Below are positions 47,614 through 56,194 of a stretch of DNA of 64,000 nt, one piece after another (the stretch's first letter is position 1; the number at the start of each line of letters is the position of its first letter). The DNA lies in IMG/VR virus record IMGVR_UViG_3300032117_000007, one strand, 5' to 3'. The notes beneath the pieces are model-generated. The model worked only from the letters and a program-made list of their open reading frames with translations, searched no databases and was not told the origin of the DNA. The position numbers and the translations under genes are program-made. Source of the stretch: an uncultured virus (IMG/VR IMGVR_UViG_3300032117_000007) (Duplodnaviria > Heunggongvirae > Uroviricota > Caudoviricetes).

Positions 47614-49017
47614 ATGAATATAGAACGAGTAGTACTTAGTAATCTGGTCTTCCGAGAAGATTATGGTCGTAAAGTAATTCCTTTTCTAAAGTCTGAGTAT
47701 TTTCTTGATAATTTTGAAAAGACTTGTTTTGGGCTAATTGAAGCATATGTTCAAAAGTATAATTCATTCCCAACACAAGAAGTACTTCAGATTGAACTTA
47801 GAAACAAGGATAAAATTGACGAAACAACCTATAAAAATTGTAAGGAAATAATTGAAAAATTTGAATTTGATCCTGAAACAAATTTAGAATGGCTTACAGA
47901 ATCCACCGAAAAGTGGGTTCAAGAAAAGGCCGTATATAATGCAATTATGGCTTCAATTCAAATTCTAGATAATCAAGATAAAATCAAATCAAAAGGTTCT
48001 ATTCCTCAACTTCTTTCTGATGCTTTGGCAGTAAGTTTTGATTCTTCCATTGGTCATAACTGGGATGAGGATTCTGATGCTCGATATGAATTTTATCATC
48101 GTGTAGAAAATAAAATTCCATTTGATCTAGAATATTTTAATTTAATAACAAAAGGTGGTCTATCAAATAAAACACTTAATGTTATACTTGGTGGCACTGG
48201 TGTTGGTAAGACACTAGTGATGTGTCATTTTGCTGCATCACATCTTTTGAAAGGTAAAAATGTTCTTTATATCACGATGGAAATGAGTGAAGAACGAATT
48301 GCAGAACGAATTGATGCTAATCTTCTTGATGTAACTATGGACGATCTTTCAGTTCTTACAAAAGAAGCATATGACAAAAAGATCAAAAGAATTTGTTCCA
48401 AGACCCCTGGAAAACTTATCATCAAGGAATATCCAACTGCTTCTGCAGGTTCTGCAAATTTCAGGTATCTTTTAAATGAATTGAAAATTAAAAAGAACTT
48501 TAAACCAGACATCATCTATATTGATTATCTAAACATCTGTGCCTCATCTCGATTGAAATATACATCAAATGTAAACACATACATGTATGTGAAAGCGATT
48601 GCAGAAGAACTTAGAGGTCTGGCCGTAGAGTTTGATGTGCCTATTGTCTCTGCTACTCAGACTACTCGTAGTGGTTACTCCAGTTCGGATGTTGATCTAG
48701 GTGACACTTCAGAATCATTTGGACTCCCTGCAACTGCCGATCTAATGTTTGCTATTATGACAAATGAAGAATTGGCAGCATTAAATCAATATATGGTGAA
48801 ACAACTTAAGAATCGTTACAATGATCTAAATTTCAACAAACGGTTTGTTATAGGTGTTGATAAACCTAAAATGAAACTGTATGATGTTGAACAATCTGCT
48901 CAAGAAGATATTATGGATGATAAGCCTATATTTGACAACTCTGGCTTTGGACACGAAGATTCAGAACGAGGGAAGAAGAAATCTAAGTTTTCACGAGATT
49001 TTAGGGATTTTAAATAA
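47614..49017 (+). CDS. gp41: Replicative helicase gp41
   Basis: GGTGVGKT, IIKEYPT, IDYLNI, SATQTTRSG, KQLKNRY. Confidence 0.96.
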   Translation: MNIERVVLSNLVFREDYGRKVIPFLKSEYFLDNFEKTCFGLIEAYVQKYNSFPTQEVLQIELRNKDKIDETTYKNCKEIIEKFEFDPETNLEWLTESTEKWVQEKAVYNAIMASIQILDNQDKIKSKGSIPQLLSDALAVSFDSSIGHNWDEDSDARYEFYHRVENKIPFDLEYFNLITKGGLSNKTLNVILGGTGVGKTLVMCHFAASHLLKGKNVLYITMEMSEERIAERIDANLLDVTMDDLSVLTKEAYDKKIKRICSKTPGKLIIKEYPTASAGSANFRYLLNELKIKKNFKPDIIYIDYLNICASSRLKYTSNVNTYMYVKAIAEELRGLAVEFDVPIVSATQTTRSGYSSSDVDLGDTSESFGLPATADLMFAIMTNEELAALNQYMVKQLKNRYNDLNFNKRFVIGVDKPKMKLYDVEQSAQEDIMDDKPIFDNSGFGHEDSERGKKKSKFSRDFRDFK

Positions 49018-49226
49018 TGGTAGACAGAGAAAGATTGTCAAAACTAATTTCATGTGCTATTCAAGATGAAATTGAAGATTTTGAAGGAGTACTTATTAGG
49101 CAAGTAACATGTGATAGAGCAGCATATCGTGTTCTTGAAGTCATCAGAAAGGAAAATTTGAATATTGTAAGATTAAATCCTGGTAACCGTGATGACCGAT
49201 ATAAAGATTACAAAGCTATTGAATAA
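49017..49226 (+). CDS. Hypothetical protein
   Basis: Coupled to gp41 stop. Confidence 0.5.
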   Translation: MVDRERLSKLISCAIQDEIEDFEGVLIRQVTCDRAAYRVLEVIRKENLNIVRLNPGNRDDRYKDYKAIE

Positions 49227-49275
49227 AAAAAATATTATTTTAAAATAATAACAATTTTATTGTATAAATAAATTC

Positions 49276-49422
49276 ACATGAGCATACATTATGCGCTTCA
49301 TGAAGCGTAAGAGGCACAGAGACTATAATAGCAAAGGAACAGTCGGGGATCATAGGTGGGGTTCCTCCCGGCATTGTATGCTTTTAAAGAAGGTCGGCTC
49401 GAAAGGGTCGACCTTTCTTTTT
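49276..49422 (+). ncRNA. Candidate standalone late ncRNA with terminator
   Basis: TATAAATA at 49263; closing stem GAGCATACA/TGTATGCTT; internal hairpin and pseudoknot; GAAA-loop terminator 49386-49422. Confidence 0.6.
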
Positions 49423-49429
49423 ATAAATA
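49422..49429 (+). promoter_or_regulatory. Late promoter TATAAATA
   Basis: Exact consensus upstream of the 49465 cluster. Confidence 0.75.
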
Positions 49430-49464
49430 GATCAAAATTCCTTTTATTGCTTAGGATGTAATTT

Positions 49465-50232
49465 ATGCTAACATTCTCTAAATTAAAAAATATTCTTTCT
49501 GAAGAATTGACACCAGATCAAAGAGAGCATTTTAATTCAATTAAAAGAGATCCTAATGCAGTTGCAGCAACTGCTCATTTTTTTGGCAAAGGTAATGATG
49601 TTGTATCAAAAGAACTTGAAGCTTATTTTGAAGAATCAGTGCAAAAAACTGCTCATTTTTTTGATGTTGACGAGACACTATTTGCACATGATCCGAAAAA
49701 ATTAAGAATCCATGTTCGTGATTCAAATGGCAATATTGTAAAAAGTTTGTCTAATCAACAATTTAATAAAAATAAATTAAATCCGGGTGAACGATACGAT
49801 TTCAAGGATTTTAAATCATCTAAGAAATTTGCAAGCACTGCTAAACCAATTCCAAAAATGATCAATTTATTAAATAGATTGAAAAATTCTGGTCATAATA
49901 CTTCAATACTTACTGCTCGATCAGATCTTGATGATAAGCAAAAATTTGCTCATACGATGAAAAAATATGGTATAGATATATCTAAAACACATGTATACAG
50001 AGCAGGGAATGTTGAAGGTACTTCTACAGGTGATAGAAAAAGAAAAGTATTATCAGATCTTATAAAGAAACATGGTTATAATGAAATTCATCTTTATGAT
50101 GATGATTTGGGGAATCATGAACATTTTGCTAAACTCAAAGAAGATCATCCAGGTGTTAGACTATATTCACATATAGTTACACATAATGATCACACAGGCC
50201 AAACAACAATTAAAACTATCAGACATCAATAG
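49465..50232 (+). CDS. HAD-family phosphatase (Pnkp/Swiss-army-knife-like)
   Basis: FFDVDETL (DxDxT), LTARS, K, YDDD..N. Confidence 0.75.
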   Translation: MLTFSKLKNILSEELTPDQREHFNSIKRDPNAVAATAHFFGKGNDVVSKELEAYFEESVQKTAHFFDVDETLFAHDPKKLRIHVRDSNGNIVKSLSNQQFNKNKLNPGERYDFKDFKSSKKFASTAKPIPKMINLLNRLKNSGHNTSILTARSDLDDKQKFAHTMKKYGIDISKTHVYRAGNVEGTSTGDRKRKVLSDLIKKHGYNEIHLYDDDLGNHEHFAKLKEDHPGVRLYSHIVTHNDHTGQTTIKTIRHQ

Positions 50233-50245
50233 GGATTGAAAATAG

Positions 50246-51241
50246 ATGTTAAAATTTACTGAATTTCAAATCATTGCAGAATCTAAAATGACGGCTTCTG
50301 GTTTTGTAGGCAATCGTCATTTTGAAAAATATGTAAAACCATATTTGTCCGGAGCTGCTAAGCATTCAAAGCAAGGCACACATATTATGGCCTCAAAACA
50401 TGATGATTTAAATGTAGGTGAACAAGTAACATTACATTCTCATCATATTGATGATAAAGGTGTCCATCATGTAACAGTAAGTCGACCTGGCTCAAGAAAA
50501 AAAATTACTGTGCCTATTTCAAAGTTAGATAAGCCTGGGGCCCAAACAGAAAATGAAGGCCATAAGTATGAAAAACATTTTTTTAATAGATGTAGAAATA
50601 TAGGTCTTGTACCTCCCGGCCATAATCCTGCAGGTTCTACAGCTGGAACAGATGTCCCATTTTTAAATAAAAAGAAAGGAACAATTCATAAAGGCCGGGC
50701 TATATATAATGGTGAAGTAAAGCTAAACGAAACCGCGGCACTTGGACAAGGTACAATTAAATTTGGAAAACATCCTAAAACAGGTAAGGTGGGATGGCAT
50801 ATTCCCGATGAATTACGAGATGCAAGACCAGAATATGCTAAAGCAATAGAAGAAAGAGGTATTTTAGAATATATGAATAAACATCATCCGGATCCGGATG
50901 CAGTTGAAACTACTGCTTCAGGTAGAGCAAGAAGCATTACAATGCCACACCCGGATTTATCACCAGCTGAAGCGTATTTGAAAGATCATGATGCTGATGT
51001 TGTTCACATAGGTGAAGGTCATGGAACATATAGAGTAGGAAGTAAAGATAAAACTGGTTTTGGACTCCCAAGATTAAAAGGAAAAGGAAAATGGACCATT
51101 CGTCAAAAGCAAGAAGGTAATAAAAGATCCAGAACTGTTATGTTTCAAATTCATGGAAAACACGGTTTAATTAGAAGTCCTATAAATTTAGATCGTGATG
51201 ACCATTTACAAGATTTTGCAAAACATTTAGGACATTCATAA
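50246..51241 (+). CDS. Putative PD-(D/E)xK nuclease-fold protein
   Basis: GHKYE helix, GTDV, NGEVK, then GQ. Confidence 0.5.
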   Translation: MLKFTEFQIIAESKMTASGFVGNRHFEKYVKPYLSGAAKHSKQGTHIMASKHDDLNVGEQVTLHSHHIDDKGVHHVTVSRPGSRKKITVPISKLDKPGAQTENEGHKYEKHFFNRCRNIGLVPPGHNPAGSTAGTDVPFLNKKKGTIHKGRAIYNGEVKLNETAALGQGTIKFGKHPKTGKVGWHIPDELRDARPEYAKAIEERGILEYMNKHHPDPDAVETTASGRARSITMPHPDLSPAEAYLKDHDADVVHIGEGHGTYRVGSKDKTGFGLPRLKGKGKWTIRQKQEGNKRSRTVMFQIHGKHGLIRSPINLDRDDHLQDFAKHLGHS

Positions 51242-51242
51242 A

Positions 51243-52472
51243 ATGTTAACATTTAGAAATTTTCTTATAGAGAATGAAGAATCTGCTACAGGTAAACCTC
51301 TCACTCATCTTCGTCATCTAGAAGATAATATTCTTTATGATGGTCATGAAGGTGTAAGAAGAGCATCAAAATTTTTAGATGATGCGCACAATCATCTTCT
51401 TGGGAAAGAAACATCAACTCATATTTCAACAAAATATGATGGTGCTCCAAGTATAGTATATGGAACACATCCAGAAACTGGAAAATTCTTTGTAGCTTCC
51501 AAATCTGCTTTTAATAAAAATCCAAAAATCAATTATACAAATGAAGATATTGAACGAAACCATGGTCATGCCCCAGGTTTGGTGTCAAAACTCAAAGAAG
51601 CACTATATCATCTTCCAAAAATTATGCCAAAGACTGGTGGTGTTTTTCAAGGTGATATGATGCATGGAAAGGGTGATATTAAGAAAAATGGTGGAAAGAT
51701 TAGTTTTACTCCAAATACAATTACATATTCTACTGATAAAAATTCTGCTGAAGGAAGAAAAGTAACAAATTCAAAAATCGGTGTTGTAATGCATACAGAA
51801 TATAAAGGTAAAGGGCCTTTACAGAATATGTCGGCAACACCTTTGAGTGCCAAAAGAAGAGCTGAATTCATAGATCATCCGGATGTTAATAATATTGATC
51901 CTACTCAAAAGGTGAATACAAACAATTATACTCCAGAAGAACAAAAGAAATTTGCTATGCATAAAGAAGCAATTAGAAAAACATATCAGAGTATGAAGCC
52001 TGAAGCATTTGAGGCAATTCATGGTCATGAAGCGGCTTTGGAATCTCATGTAAATGATCAAGTACGAAAAGGTGGTAAACCTTCTACTGAAGGTTATATG
52101 AATTTCCTAAAAGATCGACATGAAAAGGAAATTTCTAAACTTAAAACACAAGCAGCGATTGATAGAAAGAAACAAGATTTCTCTAAGAAATTAGATCACG
52201 TGAATGCCAACAAAGAACATTTCAAGAAAATACTTGATCTTCATCATCATTTCCAAGAAGCCAAAAATATTCTTACTGGTGTAATGGCCAAAAATAGTAA
52301 GTTTGAGAATAGCATCAATGGAAAACCTACTTTACCTGAAGGTGCTGTTGCGGTTGATAAAGAAGGTAATATGACCAAGTTTGTAAATCGTGGTGAAGGT
52401 GGGTTTGCTCAGGCCAATTTGACTGGTTCTGGTGCATTTCAGAAGAAAGGGACTTCTGATGCTTCTAAGTAG
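51243..52472 (+). CDS. DUF6267-like protein with polynucleotide-ligase nucleotidyltransferase motifs
   Basis: HLRHLED, TKYDG (motif I), FQGD, PEGAV (motif IV), TKFVNR (motif V). Confidence 0.65.
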   Translation: MLTFRNFLIENEESATGKPLTHLRHLEDNILYDGHEGVRRASKFLDDAHNHLLGKETSTHISTKYDGAPSIVYGTHPETGKFFVASKSAFNKNPKINYTNEDIERNHGHAPGLVSKLKEALYHLPKIMPKTGGVFQGDMMHGKGDIKKNGGKISFTPNTITYSTDKNSAEGRKVTNSKIGVVMHTEYKGKGPLQNMSATPLSAKRRAEFIDHPDVNNIDPTQKVNTNNYTPEEQKKFAMHKEAIRKTYQSMKPEAFEAIHGHEAALESHVNDQVRKGGKPSTEGYMNFLKDRHEKEISKLKTQAAIDRKKQDFSKKLDHVNANKEHFKKILDLHHHFQEAKNILTGVMAKNSKFENSINGKPTLPEGAVAVDKEGNMTKFVNRGEGGFAQANLTGSGAFQKKGTSDASK

Positions 52473-53097
52473 AATTAAAAGGATCATTTTTGAATCATAT
52501 GAAAAGCATCATGTAACTGCTCCTTCCGTCCGATTCCAACCTCCTACGGAAGGTCATGGAGAAGTTATTGATACAGTAAAGAGTGAAGCAAAAAAAGTTG
52601 GTGGTAGTCATTCAATAGTACTATCACATTCTCATGATGCTAAAAATCCACTCACACCTGAACAAAAACTCAAACATGCCAAAAGAGCATGGCCAGATAT
52701 GAATATATCTACATCATCTGTTGAACAACCAACTTTGCTTCATCATCTTGCAAATCTTCACAAACAAGGTGTAACACATGTAACTGTTGTTGGTGGTCAA
52801 GATAGAGTGGAAGGATTCCGGAATCTCATACACAAGTATAATGGACAAACTGGTGCCCATGGCTATTATAATTTTAAAGGGATCAATGTTGTATCGGCAG
52901 GTGAAAGAGATCCAGACGCGGAAGATGTAACAGGTATTTCCGGAACCAAAATGAGAGCCGCGGCAGAAAGGGGTGATAAAGAAACATTTCATGCTGGAGC
53001 ACCATCAAATATGACACCAGATCAAAAAGATGAAATGATGAGAGATGTTCAGAATGGTATGAAAAAGTTTGAAAAGAAAAAAATAAGTAAAAAATAG
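52459..53097 (+). CDS. Cytidylyltransferase-like (HxGH) nucleotidyltransferase
   Basis: RFQPPTEGH, KNPL, VGGQDR, SAGERDPD, ISGTKMR. Confidence 0.8.
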   Translation: MLLSRIKRIIFESYEKHHVTAPSVRFQPPTEGHGEVIDTVKSEAKKVGGSHSIVLSHSHDAKNPLTPEQKLKHAKRAWPDMNISTSSVEQPTLLHHLANLHKQGVTHVTVVGGQDRVEGFRNLIHKYNGQTGAHGYYNFKGINVVSAGERDPDAEDVTGISGTKMRAAAERGDKETFHAGAPSNMTPDQKDEMMRDVQNGMKKFEKKKISKK

Positions 53098-53104
53098 GGG
53101 AAAG

Positions 53105-53686
53105 ATGATGACGGAAGAAAGAAAAGGCCTTTGGTATAATATTCATGCAAAACGTGAACGTATTAAACATGGATCTGGGGAACATATGAGAAAACCAGGC
53201 TCCAAGGGTGCACCTACACAAGCCGATTTTAAAAATTCACAAACAGAAGAAACAAAAAAACCAGAAACTTCTGATCATGCTCATGCATCTTCAAAGCATA
53301 TTAAAACACCTCAGGATAGTGAAAAACAATCTGTAAATTCATCTGATGCAGATTCAAGATTTGACGGTTCAACATCTCTTGCAAATACTTATAAATCAGA
53401 AACACCTGGTCAAATCGTCAAAAGAGTAGTTAAAGAAGCACTTTATCACGGGAAAGAAGTTCCCCTAAATAAGCCGATGAAAGGCGACGTTAAAAAGTCT
53501 AAGGTATATGTCAAAGATCCTGAAACTGGTAACGTCAAAAAAGTGAACTTTGGTGATAAACATCTCAGTATTAAGAAGGATATTCCTGCTCGGAAACGAT
53601 CATATTGTGCTAGATCATCTGGACAAGGAAATTTAACAAAGAAAACAAGTGCTAACTATTGGTCGAGAAGGGCATGGAATTGTTAA
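53105..53686 (+). CDS. Basic hypothetical head protein (DUF6321-like)
   Basis: GLWYNIHAKR...KGAPT and VKKVNFGD...RSYCAR...ANYWS modules. Confidence 0.6.
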   Translation: MMTEERKGLWYNIHAKRERIKHGSGEHMRKPGSKGAPTQADFKNSQTEETKKPETSDHAHASSKHIKTPQDSEKQSVNSSDADSRFDGSTSLANTYKSETPGQIVKRVVKEALYHGKEVPLNKPMKGDVKKSKVYVKDPETGNVKKVNFGDKHLSIKKDIPARKRSYCARSSGQGNLTKKTSANYWSRRAWNC

Positions 53687-53835
53687 AATTCAAAGAGTTT
53701 ATTACTGAACTCAAAGTTAGAGAAGCTGATGGCACCGAAATGATTATTCATAAAGTGCCTATTCGTATGGCCGATGGTAAAATTAAGAAGATGTATCCGG
53801 GTAAAAGCGGTAGTTCCGGAGGTGGAGGAAAATAA
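53674..53835 (+). CDS. Small protein with capsid-targeting-like N-terminus (53 aa, not in ORF track)
   Basis: MELLKFKEFITE...RMADGKIKKMYPGKSGSSGGGGK. Confidence 0.6.
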   Translation: MELLKFKEFITELKVREADGTEMIIHKVPIRMADGKIKKMYPGKSGSSGGGGK

Positions 53836-53857
53836 TAACTCAATAAAGGAGCATCTC

Positions 53858-54064
53858 ATGCTAAAGGGTATTTGGAAAAAAATTACAAATATGCTTGGGT
53901 GTGATGAGACTAGACTAATTGAAAATGAACCTCCAATAATAATTCAAAAGAAAAAAATAATAAATAGACCAGAGATACATATGATAAGTAAAGAACAGTT
54001 TATGCAAGAACTTGATGAATATGTAAACCATTTACATGAACTCAAACACAAGGGACGGAAATAA
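53858..54064 (+). CDS. Hypothetical protein
   Basis: AAGGAG RBS before MLKGIW. Confidence 0.5.
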   Translation: MLKGIWKKITNMLGCDETRLIENEPPIIIQKKKIINRPEIHMISKEQFMQELDEYVNHLHELKHKGRK

Positions 54065-54065
54065 A

Positions 54066-54248
54066 ATGGAAGTATTATACTTAGTATTAGGTGCATTGGG
54101 CGCTTGTGTGGTATATTATATGATTCGTGAATTAATTGAAAATAAGCAAACAGTGACAAAGATTGAAGAAACTGCAGTTGCAACTGCCAAGAAGGATATT
54201 GCAACTGCAGCAAATACCGTAACAACAGACGTTAAGAAGATTGTATAA
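54066..54248 (+). CDS. Small membrane protein
   Basis: N-terminal TM helix. Confidence 0.55.
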   Translation: MEVLYLVLGALGACVVYYMIRELIENKQTVTKIEETAVATAKKDIATAANTVTTDVKKIV

Positions 54249-54251
54249 TCT

Positions 54252-54689
54252 ATGAATGAATTAATTGAAAAGATGAAAGTTGTGCTAGCTAGCACATTTG
54301 CTTTCTATCTAAAGAGTCATGGGTTTCATTGGAATGTTGAGGGAGTATATTTCCCTCAACTCCATTCCTTTTTTGAAACAATTTATACTGATGCATGGAA
54401 AGCAGTTGATAAAATTGCAGAAGAAATTCGTACGTTAGATGCATATGCTCCTGGCAGTCTTTCAAGACTTCTTCAGTTGAGTGTTGTTGAAGATCAGATT
54501 AATATTCCTACAGCATTAAAAATGGTCAAAGAACTTGAAATTAATAATAATGCTTTAATCAATGAGCTTAGAACTGCTCAAAAATTAGCAGAAAAAACTG
54601 ATTGTGTAGGCCTAGCAAATTTCCTCCAAGACAGGATCGACAAGCACCATAAGCATGCTTGGATGCTCCGGTCAATCACAAAGAGTTAA
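54252..54689 (+). CDS. dps: Dps/ferritin-like DNA protection protein
   Basis: SHGFHWNVEG..F.QLH..F, D.IAE.IR, H.KHAWML. Confidence 0.92.
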   Translation: MNELIEKMKVVLASTFAFYLKSHGFHWNVEGVYFPQLHSFFETIYTDAWKAVDKIAEEIRTLDAYAPGSLSRLLQLSVVEDQINIPTALKMVKELEINNNALINELRTAQKLAEKTDCVGLANFLQDRIDKHHKHAWMLRSITKS

Positions 54690-54693
54690 AAAA

Positions 54694-56151
54694 ATGGAAA
54701 AATATAGATCACTAGAAAACGTTATTCGGGCTGTTGTAAAAGAAAGTGCTACTGGTTATTCCCACATGAAAGGGAATGTAACAGGCACAGATATTGGCAG
54801 TCCTATCCAGCAAGGTCCTGGTAGACCAATTGGCAGACTTCAGCATTTATCAAATATCCGTGTGCAAAATAAAGATGATGCTGCAAGAAATGCTTCTCAG
54901 AATGCAAAGAAACAACGTGAAGATACTATTGCCGATAGAAAACATGCTGAAAAAATTCGGAAACATACTGGCAAAGTATATGCGGAAGAAGAAAAAGAAA
55001 CTGATTCAGTTCCAGAAGGTACTGAAAAACGTAGAAAAGTTGAGAATGTTGCACGAGAGAATTCAGCAGAACCAACTTCAGAAAAATCAACTCTTGGAAG
55101 AAATGCAAGTATTGTATCAAAAGTTTTAGAGGAGAAACAAGCCGTGTTTTCAGATAATAAATTTGGTCTACCTACTTCAGTCATTGAAACTACCCGAGCA
55201 ATTTTGGAAAAGACCATGGAATCTCATCCTGGTGATCCAAAGAAGATTACTGCTGGTGGTAAGACTGATGTAAAGATTGAACCTTCTTTAAAGCAGTTAA
55301 CTGCTAATGAAGAAGTTAAAAAGGATAATAAGGACATTGATGGTGAGGAAAGTGGATCTGAAGAGGAAGAAAAGGAAAAATCAAAAGTAAATAAAGAAAA
55401 AAATGAACAGAAAAAGATGGCGGAAGATGTAAACTTTTCTGATGATGAACTTGAAACACTTGAAGAATTAGCTGCTTCACTTGGTTTAAATGAAGCACCA
55501 TATGGTTCAAGTGATGGCAAGCAATCATATAACACAAATGATCAAGGCGGTTCCAGAGGACTTGGACCGACAACATCTGGTTATCTTCAGGAAAAATGCA
55601 AGAAGTGCAAAAAGAAAATGTGCACTTGCGGAATGAAAGAGGAATTATCACCAAAGCAGAAGAAAATTGCTGCACTAGCTGGTAATCCTAAGAAGATTGA
55701 TGCTGAAGATTTTAAAGAACTTCGCGCACACGGTATGAAGGAAAGCAATGAAAAAAGTTTAGAAGTTCATAACACACAAGAACATCCTGGTCGTGCAAAG
55801 GAAATTGAAAAGATTATAAAGGGTGCTACAAAGAAAATTTTTGGTGAAGAATCAGTATTAGATGAAGGTCGCGGTCGACCACGAAAGAATCCTATTGAAA
55901 AGCCAGAAGATGATGATACGGAAGCAAATTCTAATGTAATCAATAGAATTCGTCAAGCCCGTAATTCTATGGCTGGTGGTGCTAAAACAACACTAAAACA
56001 CGAGAACGGTGAAGAAACAGTGTTGACACCTGATGTTGCTCGTATGCTTGATAATGCACATAATGTCAAAAGAACGCCCGCGGAAAAGGAAGCATTTGTT
56101 TCAGCTATTCGCGCTAGTCGTGCATCAATGCTTAAAGCAATGGGTCACTAA
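54694..56151 (+). CDS. Putative internal head protein (charged, low complexity)
   Basis: Lys/Glu-rich; ELSPKQKKIA...KIDAEDF module; several candidate x-x-E cleavage sites. Confidence 0.5.
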   Translation: MEKYRSLENVIRAVVKESATGYSHMKGNVTGTDIGSPIQQGPGRPIGRLQHLSNIRVQNKDDAARNASQNAKKQREDTIADRKHAEKIRKHTGKVYAEEEKETDSVPEGTEKRRKVENVARENSAEPTSEKSTLGRNASIVSKVLEEKQAVFSDNKFGLPTSVIETTRAILEKTMESHPGDPKKITAGGKTDVKIEPSLKQLTANEEVKKDNKDIDGEESGSEEEEKEKSKVNKEKNEQKKMAEDVNFSDDELETLEELAASLGLNEAPYGSSDGKQSYNTNDQGGSRGLGPTTSGYLQEKCKKCKKKMCTCGMKEELSPKQKKIAALAGNPKKIDAEDFKELRAHGMKESNEKSLEVHNTQEHPGRAKEIEKIIKGATKKIFGEESVLDEGRGRPRKNPIEKPEDDDTEANSNVINRIRQARNSMAGGAKTTLKHENGEETVLTPDVARMLDNAHNVKRTPAEKEAFVSAIRASRASMLKAMGH

Positions 56152-56194
56152 TCACTTTTAATAAATAATAAAAAGATTCTTTAGGAGAACAAAA

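Noticed and set aside
44006..49017. Introns or inteins in gp43, uvsX, gp41 (also gp17)
   Set aside because: ORFs are continuous and of normal length, with no intein or intron signatures.
49340..49372. HDV-like ribozyme suggested by TTCCTCCCGG
   Set aside because: I could not build the nested P1/P1.1/P2/P3/P4 topology.
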